From Hydrotalea sp. (GTDB lineage Bacteria; Pseudomonadota; Alphaproteobacteria; JASGCL01), in the NCBI GenBank assembly GCA_030054115.1, contig JASGCL010000002.1, positions 23,374 through 87,373 on the forward strand: a stretch of DNA of 64,000 bases, in the 5' to 3' direction. The notes beneath the pieces are model-generated. The model was not told where the DNA came from, did no database searches, and saw only the letters and a program-made list of their open reading frames with translations. This document shows, one piece after another, positions 10,067-18,918 of this stretch (positions within the stretch are counted from its first letter, which is position 1; each line of letters begins with the position of its first letter). A program made the translations under genes and the position numbers.

Positions 10067-10182
10067 TACCCTATAACCTTATCATCATACTATTTATTGA
10101 ATCTTTTACTTAACATTATCAAGTATTATTTTTAAAAAATTGTTAATTTTTTTCAGTTATATGAATCAAAGTAAGAACGATT

Positions 10183-11376
10183 CTAATCCCGCCACTCGGC
10201 CGCAACCATTGGGTCGGGTTCTTGCGGCAAGTATTTTTCTTTTTCGCTGTGAAATATATTGCCATCGGTCTGGTCGGCGGCGGCAATGGCGCGCAAACAC
10301 CACACGGCCGCGCCGCGCACCACCGCCACATCATGTTGCAACAACCGCAACACCAGTGGCAGGAATCGCCCCCGCGCCATTTCATTGCCCGCCCCCGCCC
10401 CGTCATAAAAATAATTAGCCAGCACGATAAGCGCGTTGCGTTGCAAGCGGTGCAACCCCAAACGTTTGATGGGCGATTGCGAAAATCGGTTGGTGAAGGT
10501 TGCCCCGTCCATGGTTAGGATGTCGCCCAAGCCCAGGCCGGCTGGCCCCTGCAACCGCGCATCTTTTTTTAAATTTTTTGCGCTGGCGGCAAATTTGTTA
10601 AATGGGCAAACCGCCAAGCAAATGTCGCAACCAAATATCATGTCGCCAATTTGGCGGCGAAATTTTTTATCAATCGCGCCATGGTGTTCGATGGTCAGGT
10701 AAGAAATACATTTCCGCGCGTCAAGTTGATATGGCGCGGGAAAGGCCGCGGTCGGGCAAGCGTCAAGACATTTGTGGCACGACCCGCAAGAACCGACCGG
10801 CTGGTTGTTTTTTGCATCATCGCCGTTTTTATCATCGCTTACCTCAACCGATAATAATAATTCGGCCAAAAAAAACCAATTGCCAATATCGCGCGACAGC
10901 AAATTGCTGTGCTTGCCCTGCCACCCAATGCCGGCGACGGCGGCCATCGGTTTTTCAAAAAATGGCGCGGAATCGGTAATGGCGCGCGATGCAATATTTT
11001 GCGCCCGCAACCAATCTTGCACCCTGGCCAATTTTTCCTTTAACAGCCGGTGGTAATCGACCCCTCGGGCGTAACGCGCCACCAGGCCATGCGGCGCATC
11101 TGGCGCGCTATGGTTTGCCGATTGGTCGTGGTAGGGGTGGGTCAGCACCAATATCGATTTGGTTTCGACAAAAATATGCTGTGGGTTGATGCGCGCCGCC
11201 CGATGATTGGCCAACCACGCCATGTCGCCATGGTAACCACGGGCAATGTAATCGTCGTATTTTTTTACAATGTCATTTGGAATTTTTATCGGCGCGACGG
11301 CGACATGATAAAACCCCAAATCAACCGCCATCGATTTAATATCGGCCAGCCGAACCATGGTCATGGTTTTTTGCAT
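10183..11376 (-). CDS. queG: Epoxyqueuosine reductase (tRNA queuosine biosynthesis)
   Basis: Two 4Fe-4S ferredoxin motifs ('CGSCHKCLDACP', 'CDICLAVCPFN') followed by C-terminal HEAT-like repeats. ~397 aa. Confidence 0.8.
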   Translation of the reverse strand: MQKTMTMVRLADIKSMAVDLGFYHVAVAPIKIPNDIVKKYDDYIARGYHGDMAWLANHRAARINPQHIFVETKSILVLTHPYHDQSANHSAPDAPHGLVARYARGVDYHRLLKEKLARVQDWLRAQNIASRAITDSAPFFEKPMAAVAGIGWQGKHSNLLSRDIGNWFFLAELLLSVEVSDDKNGDDAKNNQPVGSCGSCHKCLDACPTAAFPAPYQLDARKCISYLTIEHHGAIDKKFRRQIGDMIFGCDICLAVCPFNKFAASAKNLKKDARLQGPAGLGLGDILTMDGATFTNRFSQSPIKRLGLHRLQRNALIVLANYFYDGAGAGNEMARGRFLPLVLRLLQHDVAVVRGAAVWCLRAIAAADQTDGNIFHSEKEKYLPQEPDPMVAAEWRD

Positions 11377-11379
11377 CGC

Positions 11380-11832
11380 TTAGGGCAATTCTTGTTTTAA
11401 TTTTTTAAGGGTTTTTTTGGCATTGTGCAGTGCGTTTGTTGCCGCCGCCGATTGGTCCCATGCCCATGCCCGATGGGCGATGATGCTAATAATTTGACGC
11501 GTCGATTTGTTTTTGAATTGCGGTTGGTTTTGCACCCACAAAACAAAAATCACGAACAAACCGGTCATCATGACGCCGCAAAAAAAATAAAACCACGCGA
11601 TGGTGAATTCGCGCCATCGCCAACGGCTTTTAAAAAACTTATCCTGCGCCGCCAGCCAGGTGCCAACTTTTTTGAGCGATGGTTTGTGGTAAAGCGCGCG
11701 ATAGGGCGGAATCGGGTTCACGCTGATGCGCGGTCGCCGCCGCGTAAAATAACGCGGGATGAGGCCTTGGAATCCAGGTTCGGATTTTTGCCCACCGGTT
11801 TTACCAAATATATTGGGTTTTTTGCGTGCCAT
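11380..11832 (-). CDS. Hypothetical small membrane protein
   Basis: Start trimmed to 'MARKKPN...'. One clear hydrophobic helix 'FYFFCGVMMTGLFVIFVLW'. Confidence 0.45.
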   Translation of the reverse strand: MARKKPNIFGKTGGQKSEPGFQGLIPRYFTRRRPRISVNPIPPYRALYHKPSLKKVGTWLAAQDKFFKSRWRWREFTIAWFYFFCGVMMTGLFVIFVLWVQNQPQFKNKSTRQIISIIAHRAWAWDQSAAATNALHNAKKTLKKLKQELP

Positions 11833-11985
11833 GGTTTTTTTCGTCCTTGAACGTTCTTGAACGTTGTTTAAACAACCTAACAATAATCGTTAAGTAAATC
11901 AATCGGCGCAACCTTGCCATAATTGGTTGCCCGCCATTGGCGATATCTATTTTAGCCTTAACCTAATCGATATAATAAAAAGCAA

Positions 11986-12693
11986 TTATAAATTAAAACA
12001 ATTTTTATCACGGTAAAAGAAACTACATTGTTCAAAATGATATAACCACGGATAAAGAGAAGTGATATCTAATTTTTTAAAACCATTTTTTATTAAAAAG
12101 TCGAACCCCGGCTGATATTCTTCTCGCTGACTATTGTCAACCAATATAACGCCATCGGGCGCTAGGTGGCTCAAGCAAGCTTTCATTGAATCAACGCGTC
12201 GCCTGCCATCAATTATAACAAAATCATATAATTGGTCTAATTTTTTAATCGCCAGCGGATAATCATTATCTAATTGTTGATATATGAGTGATATATTTTT
12301 AATTCCTAATTTGTTTATTCTATTTTTTGTTTTTTCATAAAAATCTTTATCGTGTTCTACTGATACTACCATTTTTACTTTTTGCGACCAAAATATGGTT
12401 GACGCGCCAGAACCATATTCAAAAATGGTCATATTTTTTTTCAATCGAGATTTAAGAATTTCAATCGCTGAGTAGGCTAGCCAAGGAAGGCAATCTTCAA
12501 TTTTTTCCACTTCTTCAAAAGGTCGCGACAAGGATTCAATCCATAATTTTAAATGAGGATGCCAGGCCTGTTTGTCAGCTGGCAAAGCCAAAGAAACCCT
12601 ATCATTGGGCAAAAAAATTACATTAAGGCGAGCCAATTTTGCCAATAACAGAATTATTTTTCTGCATAAGAATTTGATTATTTTTTTTATCAT
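11986..12693 (-). CDS. Class I SAM-dependent methyltransferase
   Basis: Motif I 'EYGSGAST', post-II 'VIIDG'. AT-rich gene. Confidence 0.6.
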   Translation of the reverse strand: MIKKIIKFLCRKIILLLAKLARLNVIFLPNDRVSLALPADKQAWHPHLKLWIESLSRPFEEVEKIEDCLPWLAYSAIEILKSRLKKNMTIFEYGSGASTIFWSQKVKMVVSVEHDKDFYEKTKNRINKLGIKNISLIYQQLDNDYPLAIKKLDQLYDFVIIDGRRRVDSMKACLSHLAPDGVILVDNSQREEYQPGFDFLIKNGFKKLDITSLYPWLYHFEQCSFFYRDKNCFNL

Positions 12694-12697
12694 TTAT

Positions 12698-13453
12698 TTA
12701 TAATGTTTCATATAGATTTATATCACAATAAATTTCTGAATTATATAATTTTGATATCAAATGATAGTTTTTGGCTTCTAGAAAATCTTTTACACTATTG
12801 TCTTTATTTTTGAAACCCGTTTCAATGGCGACAACAAGTGGCCGCCATTTTGTAAAATCAAGCGACATAATAACATCCTTGTCCAACCCTTCGATATCGA
12901 TGTTTAAAAAATCAATTTCTTTAACATGATGTTTTCTTAATAATTCATTAATGTGGGTTTTTTTTCTTTTTCTTTTATATAATTTTTTAAAACCAAGCTT
13001 TTCAAGCTTATCTATTCTTTCAGGGTCAGCCGTGTTGAGCGCGCCGTCTTCAAAAAATGTAAATTCAATAACTTGAGGTGTGCTATCGCCACCAATAAAT
13101 GTCAATAAGCTTTTATCTTTAGGAAGATATTTTTTACATAAGGCAATTGACCGATTATCAATATCAATATTAATACCATGAAACCCCTTTTTATATAGGC
13201 TATAGGTATTAGAAAAACGAAATGGATGATGACAACCAATATTTATATAGAATCCTTTTGTTCTATTTGAAAAAATTCTATCGGCAATAATTAGGTCCTC
13301 CCCCTCTTGTGACCAAGAATCGTTTCTATTTACCTCTTGCGGCGTTAAGAAAGCTAAGACAGCCCCCGGATCATTATCAAAATTTAAAATCGTATCAAGT
13401 CGTCGGATAGAGTAACCTAAACGATGAATAATTTTTTTTATTAAGCTTTTCAT
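12698..13453 (-). CDS. FkbM-family methyltransferase
   Basis: FkbM-type core ('FYINIGCHHPFRFSNT...GINIDID'). AT-rich. Adjacent to a second MTase and a multi-pass membrane protein. Confidence 0.7.
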   Translation of the reverse strand: MKSLIKKIIHRLGYSIRRLDTILNFDNDPGAVLAFLTPQEVNRNDSWSQEGEDLIIADRIFSNRTKGFYINIGCHHPFRFSNTYSLYKKGFHGINIDIDNRSIALCKKYLPKDKSLLTFIGGDSTPQVIEFTFFEDGALNTADPERIDKLEKLGFKKLYKRKRKKTHINELLRKHHVKEIDFLNIDIEGLDKDVIMSLDFTKWRPLVVAIETGFKNKDNSVKDFLEAKNYHLISKLYNSEIYCDINLYETL

Positions 13454-13477
13454 AAGATTGCATCAATTTCCGTCATG

Positions 13478-15451
13478 TTAGCCCTTGTTGCCCTGTTGCA
13501 ATAACAATATTTGCCCGCCATTGGCAAGGGTTTTAACATTGCGATAACAATAGGTTTGCTGGCATGGGGCATTTCCCTGTAACACATAATGGTTATAAAC
13601 CATTTTTTCTTTTTCGCCCAGTAAGCGACTCAATGCTGGTGGCGCGTCCCCTTCCAGCAAATAATAATAATGAATGCCGGTTGGTTGGTCAAATGGCGGG
13701 GTATGGCGCGCCGATAATAAAATAACCAAGGGCAAATCGTTGGCAAGCGACGCCAAGGCCGGTATCTTGCCGAGGTTGCCGTTATACAGGTCGCCGAAGT
13801 AGTAAGTGCCGGCAGCACCATTTTTTGTCACCGTGCCACTGCCGTTAAACCAGATAATATTATATTTGTCGGTGCTGGTTGGCACGAACAAAAAATCGGG
13901 GTCAAAGATAACATTAAATTTTTTATTATTTTTATTATATTGCTCAGCCAAGAAGGCCAAAACATCATTGTAGGATTGCAAATTGTTCTTGTATTCTTGT
14001 GATGCGCCCTGTTGCCGCAGGTAATAAAAGGCATAAAAAGTTCGTTGCCAATTTTGCACCATAGTGATTGAGAGCAAAAACAATATAGAAAATAAAAAAA
14101 TATTTTTTTTAGAATCATTGGCATGGTTAAGAAAATGATGTTCCAGCAATATCACAAACCCAACCATCAAGAGGGCGGTGCCAACCGCCAAATAATAGGA
14201 ATTAAAGCGGCCGCCAATAAAAAAAATAATTTGCAATAATAACAATGCCCCCAAGCCCATGATAAAAACCCCATAGCGTATTTTATCATCCTTGATAATT
14301 GTAGAAATTATTTTTTTGTTTTTATTTTTTAACCAATAACCAACAATAAAAACAAACATGGCAATAAAAAAGATAGCTGTAAATTTTAATAACATAGCTA
14401 GCCATATACGTGCTGTGTGGTGATTTGCTGTCGCGCCATCATAAATCGCCGCGCCGCGCGTTTGCAAAAACCAATCATGCGGCGCGTGCAATAACGACGA
14501 TAAAAAGCCAATATGGTCAAGCTGGAGCCCAAAGACAACCGCGATGGCAAAAATACCAATGAAACCAAATGCCGTAAATAATTTTATGGTTAGTAGCGTG
14601 ACCGAATTTATTTTTTGCAACCATGTTGTTATCGTTAAATAAATAATCATCGCAGGTAATAAATAAACAAAAAATGCCGGAAACATCAAGCACAGGCCTA
14701 AGAAAAAGAAAAAGATGGCGACCACGATGTTATCGGCAATAGAAGAAATTATTTTTGCTTTTTTTATATCAACATAGAGGCCGTAAATAAAAAATATGGG
14801 CAATAGGGGTAAAATAGAAATTTTTACACCAAAGGATAGACCTAAAAACACCCAGTAGAATTTTTTTAAGGTAAAGTTATATTTTTTAAAATGATATAAA
14901 AATAATGACAAAAATAATAATTGATAAGGTTCTGGCTTGGGCAAGGCAACGACATAATTGAACATCGGTAAGGGTAATAATAAAAGTAAGAGCCAGGCGC
15001 GCGCCGCCTTGGTTTGAAAGAAGCAAAAGCTTAATGACAATACGGCGGCCAAGTAACTCAAGGCTTGAAAAAAACGCATTGCCATAATTTGGCCGGGCTC
15101 ACCCCATAATTTTTCTGGCAAAATCGAGGCAATAAAATCGCCTTGCCAAAAACCGCCATAAACAAAATGCACCGGCAGTAACCAACGCGTGATAAATTGT
15201 AAAAACCCAGTGGTATGCAACAGCTGTTGCACCTGGTCAAACAAAAATCGCTCTTCGGTGAAAAGCAAAAATGCACCGGCGGCGTAAGTGGTTTGGGCAA
15301 AAATAATCAACCCCAGCCAACCGGCGACTGACAATATAACAACAATATCCCAGCCAGGCCAATTGTAAAATTGGCTGGATAAAAAATAAGCACGCCGACC
15401 ACGACGAGGGCGCGCCGCGTTAAGAGACCTAACGACGCGCGCCCTCTGCAT
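13478..15451 (-). CDS. Large multi-pass membrane protein, putative glycosyltransferase of the GT-C fold (ArnT/PMT-like)
   Basis: More than 10 predicted TM helices plus a C-terminal soluble domain. Start trimmed to an internal Met to avoid overlap with the upstream ABC ATPase gene. Confidence 0.5.
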   Translation of the reverse strand: MQRARVVRSLNAARPRRGRRAYFLSSQFYNWPGWDIVVILSVAGWLGLIIFAQTTYAAGAFLLFTEERFLFDQVQQLLHTTGFLQFITRWLLPVHFVYGGFWQGDFIASILPEKLWGEPGQIMAMRFFQALSYLAAVLSLSFCFFQTKAARAWLLLLLLPLPMFNYVVALPKPEPYQLLFLSLFLYHFKKYNFTLKKFYWVFLGLSFGVKISILPLLPIFFIYGLYVDIKKAKIISSIADNIVVAIFFFFLGLCLMFPAFFVYLLPAMIIYLTITTWLQKINSVTLLTIKLFTAFGFIGIFAIAVVFGLQLDHIGFLSSLLHAPHDWFLQTRGAAIYDGATANHHTARIWLAMLLKFTAIFFIAMFVFIVGYWLKNKNKKIISTIIKDDKIRYGVFIMGLGALLLLQIIFFIGGRFNSYYLAVGTALLMVGFVILLEHHFLNHANDSKKNIFLFSILFLLSITMVQNWQRTFYAFYYLRQQGASQEYKNNLQSYNDVLAFLAEQYNKNNKKFNVIFDPDFLFVPTSTDKYNIIWFNGSGTVTKNGAAGTYYFGDLYNGNLGKIPALASLANDLPLVILLSARHTPPFDQPTGIHYYYLLEGDAPPALSRLLGEKEKMVYNHYVLQGNAPCQQTYCYRNVKTLANGGQILLLQQGNKG

Positions 15452-15483
15452 AAAATGATAATGGTGACGAAGCCGAAGAAGCC

Positions 15484-16566
15484 CTAAGCCCAAACGACGA
15501 AGGCCTGGGGCGACCAACCAATATCGACCGCATCGCCAATATCAAAAATACGGCGACCGATGATATTGCGCATCGACAATTCAAATGGCTTTTTCACCCC
15601 GGGCAGGGCCACGGTGTAATAGGTTAATTCACCATAATACACGACGTCGGTAACCTTGCCCTTGGTGGTTTTTGCCGCCTGCAGGCCGGTGCCATTTAAA
15701 ATGCTCAATTGTTCGGGGCGAATGCCGGCCGACAATGTTTTTTCCCCATTGTAATTGGCGGGCTTCATCACCACGGCGTTGCCAAAACCATCGATATGAA
15801 CTTCCAGTTCTTTGCCCGATGATTTTTCCACCGCCACCTCAACAAAATTCATGCCGCCGATAAAATCAGCCACCACCTTGTTGCGCGGGGTTTGGTAAAT
15901 GCCGTTGGGCGTGTCGACCTGGGTCAATTCGCCGCCGAACATCACCCCTATCCGGTCGGACAGGGTGAGGGCTTCCTCCTGGTCGTGGGTGACCAAGACA
16001 AAGGTGATGCCCAATTTGCGTTGCAATTTGCGCAATTCGTCACGCATTTGGTCGCGTAATTTTTTATCCAGCGCGGATAATGGCTCGTCCAGCAACATGA
16101 CCTTTGGCTCCATCACAATGGCGCGTGCCAAGGCAATCCGTTGCCGTTGCCCACCCGACAATTGGTGCGGCATGCGTTCGGCCAAATGGTCGAGCGCAAC
16201 CTGTTGCAGTGCCTCCATCGCGCGGCGTTTGCGGTTGGCGGCCGTTTCGCGACGCAACCCGTAACCGACATTGTCGATAACCTTAAGATGCGGGAAAATA
16301 GCATAGGATTGGAACACCATTTTGGTTGGCCGTTTGTCGGGCGTAACATTTTTCATGTTTTGCCCGTCGATGAAAACATCGCCAAACGATTGTTGTTCAA
16401 ACCCCGAAATAATACGGAGCAAGGTTGTTTTACCGCAACCCGAAGGCCCCAAAAGCGAGAAGAACTCGCCCTCCTTCATCTGCAGGTCTATTTTTTTCAG
16501 CACTTGTGTTGCGCCAAAGTTTTTGCCGACACCACGAATGTCGAGCATGTTTTTGTTATTTACCAT
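15484..16566 (-). CDS. ABC transporter ATP-binding protein (spermidine/putrescine PotA-like)
   Basis: Walker A 'GPSGCGKTT', signature 'LSGGQRQRIALARAIV', Walker B 'LLDEPLSALD', C-terminal TOBE-like domain. Confidence 0.85.
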   Translation of the reverse strand: MVNNKNMLDIRGVGKNFGATQVLKKIDLQMKEGEFFSLLGPSGCGKTTLLRIISGFEQQSFGDVFIDGQNMKNVTPDKRPTKMVFQSYAIFPHLKVIDNVGYGLRRETAANRKRRAMEALQQVALDHLAERMPHQLSGGQRQRIALARAIVMEPKVMLLDEPLSALDKKLRDQMRDELRKLQRKLGITFVLVTHDQEEALTLSDRIGVMFGGELTQVDTPNGIYQTPRNKVVADFIGGMNFVEVAVEKSSGKELEVHIDGFGNAVVMKPANYNGEKTLSAGIRPEQLSILNGTGLQAAKTTKGKVTDVVYYGELTYYTVALPGVKKPFELSMRNIIGRRIFDIGDAVDIGWSPQAFVVWA

Positions 16567-17486
16567 ATCCCACCGCCTCCTTTCATGCCGGTTTTTTTCA
16601 AGGATTGATTCTTAATAAACTCCACCGCGGAGATTAATATGACCGAGGTCAAAAGAATAAGGCTACCCAAGGCTAAGATGTGGGGTAATTTTTGGATGAA
16701 GCGCAATTGACTCCATAGGTATAATGGCAGGGTGTTTTCGGTGCCCGACGCAAAGAAGGCGATGATGAACTCATCGAACGACACAATGAAGCAAAGAATA
16801 AGGCTGGAAAGAATCCCGGGCATCACCAAGGGCAAGATAACGCGGCGGAAGGTTTGGCTTTCGCTTTCGCCCAGGTCGGCCGAGGCTTCCTCGAGGCTTT
16901 TGTCCAACCCTTCGAAAGCCGACAACAGCACCGTCATGGCGAATGGCATTAGAATAAGCACATGCCCCAACGCCACGGTAAGGAGCGATGGGAAATAATC
17001 GGCGAATACCGCCTGCATCCCCTCCGGCAAAAAGGGGGCGATGCTGTTCCTAAATTGATTAACGACCTGCAAAATCGACAGGCCCATCATAATATCGGGC
17101 AGGAAAAGCGGCAACATAATCGGTGCGGTCAGGGCGTTTTTAAACGGCAGGTTATAACGGGTCAGGGCGCGGCAGGCAAATATCGCCACCACGGTGCTGA
17201 TAATACTGGCGGGGATAGCAACCTTCAAACTATTGATAAGGGCGCGGCCGACCTCGGGCGTTTGGAACAATTCGGCATACCATTTTAACCCAAACCCCTC
17301 CAGCGGGAAGGCCACCACCGCGCCGGTGTTAAAGGAAAACAAGGGGATAAAAATCATCGGCGCGTAAAGGAAAACCATGTAACCGATGGCGTAGCGGCGC
17401 AACATTTTATTGTCGCGGCGACCAGAATTGGGCACGGCATTGCGCTTGGCAGCGCGTTTTTCTTTGAATTTGGATAGTAGGGACAT
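16560..17486 (-). CDS. ABC transporter permease (PotC-like)
   Basis: Binding-protein-dependent permease with multiple TM helices. Overlaps the ATPase gene by 7 bp. Confidence 0.8.
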   Translation of the reverse strand: MSLLSKFKEKRAAKRNAVPNSGRRDNKMLRRYAIGYMVFLYAPMIFIPLFSFNTGAVVAFPLEGFGLKWYAELFQTPEVGRALINSLKVAIPASIISTVVAIFACRALTRYNLPFKNALTAPIMLPLFLPDIMMGLSILQVVNQFRNSIAPFLPEGMQAVFADYFPSLLTVALGHVLILMPFAMTVLLSAFEGLDKSLEEASADLGESESQTFRRVILPLVMPGILSSLILCFIVSFDEFIIAFFASGTENTLPLYLWSQLRFIQKLPHILALGSLILLTSVILISAVEFIKNQSLKKTGMKGGGGIW

Positions 17487-17510
17487 GGTAAAGATGCTTG
17501 TGGTAATTGT

Positions 17511-18569
17511 TTATTTGATTCGTTTGAAAACCTCGCGCGATGCGCCGACAAAAAACATCAGGCAGACCAGCCCCAGGGCCATGGTGATAATCGACAGGGT
17601 CGAACCCATCGGCCAATCGGCGCAGGTTTTAAACATACATTCGATTTGGTTGGAAATCATTATCCCCTCCGCCCCGCCGACCATTTTCGGCGTTACATAA
17701 TCCCCCATGGTCGGAATAAACACAATCACCGACGCGCCAATAATACCGGTAAAACATAGCGGCAGGGTAACGCGGATAAAACTTTGCCAGGGCTTATCGC
17801 CGAGGTCATTGGCGGCCTCCAGCAGGCTGCGGTCGATTTTTTCGAGCGATATGAATATCGGCAAAATGGCAAAGGGCGCGTAGGCATGGGCCAGGGTGAT
17901 AACCACCGCGTTGATGTTGTAAAGCAAAAATGTCAGGTGATAATCATCAAGCGAGCCATCGACAAACAGCCCAAGGAAATTAATCCACGCCGAATCCAAC
18001 ACGCCGCCGTAACCCAGCACAATTTTCCATGAAAAGACGCGGAGCAAATAACTGCTCCAAAATGGCAGGGTAATAAAAAACAGCCAGGTGTTTTTATTTT
18101 CGCCGCCGTAAAAAGAAATATAATAGGCCGCCGGAAAAGAAATCAACACGGTGCCGATAGTCACCAGGGCGGCAATCATGATGGTGCGAATAATAAGATG
18201 CGGGAAGAGGTTATCGTTCCACGCCCTGATATAATTGGTGAAATCCCACACCTTATCATAACTATTGATGCCCGATTGTTGCCACAGGCTAATCATCATC
18301 AGGCTTATCAGGGGAATAATCGCCAACAACATGGCATAAAGGAAGGCCGGCGAAATAAGCCCAACGCCGCGCCACGAAATGCCAGAAAAATCAAACATGC
18401 GAAGGATACCGCTGGTGGTGGTCAAGCGGGGCATTTCTTTGCCCATTTCCTTATTCATGCCATCAGGCGCGGGCCCCGCCGCCTTGGCCTTACGGCTCAT
18501 GCTGGCCGTTACCCTAGCACCAACTTTGGATGTTTTACGAGACTCCATGTTTTGTAATCTATCAATCAA
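17511..18569 (-). CDS. ABC transporter permease (PotB-like)
   Basis: Permease architecture. True start is probably downstream of the track ORF start. Confidence 0.75.
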   Translation of the reverse strand: MIDRLQNMESRKTSKVGARVTASMSRKAKAAGPAPDGMNKEMGKEMPRLTTTSGILRMFDFSGISWRGVGLISPAFLYAMLLAIIPLISLMMISLWQQSGINSYDKVWDFTNYIRAWNDNLFPHLIIRTIMIAALVTIGTVLISFPAAYYISFYGGENKNTWLFFITLPFWSSYLLRVFSWKIVLGYGGVLDSAWINFLGLFVDGSLDDYHLTFLLYNINAVVITLAHAYAPFAILPIFISLEKIDRSLLEAANDLGDKPWQSFIRVTLPLCFTGIIGASVIVFIPTMGDYVTPKMVGGAEGIMISNQIECMFKTCADWPMGSTLSIITMALGLVCLMFFVGASREVFKRIK

Positions 18570-18918
18570 TGTAATGTTAACAACTTTTCCACCATCATTT
18601 TATCTATTATAGCCAACAATGCAAGAATTATTTTTATCAAAACCTATATTTTTTTGATAAAGGCGGGGCTATTCATGCGGTGAAGCAGGAAATAACCGCC
18701 GCGCTCAACTATTCCCAGGTATTCCCAGGTATTCATAGGGCACTGCCAGGGTATTTTTAAGCACTCATAGGGCATCTTGTGGGCTTAGAGTCCATGATAT
18801 TTATGCAGGATTTATAGGGGCTAGCCCTAGTTTTATTTCCGCTTTTTATGTGATAAATACAGGCAAATGGGCTAGCGTCATTAATATACTATAAAAAACA
18901 AGAGCAAGAACAAAAACA

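Noticed and set aside
13630-14124. Small minus-strand ORFs (13630..13821, 13828..14124) inside the GT-C-like gene
   Set aside because: Alternative-frame open frames within a long membrane-protein gene. No independent support.
18600-18918. oriC adjacent to gidA/mnmG
   Set aside because: Repeats are present, but I could not find convincing DnaA boxes, and alphaproteobacterial origins are usually near hemE rather than gidA. Kept only as a low-interest finding and not annotated as an origin.
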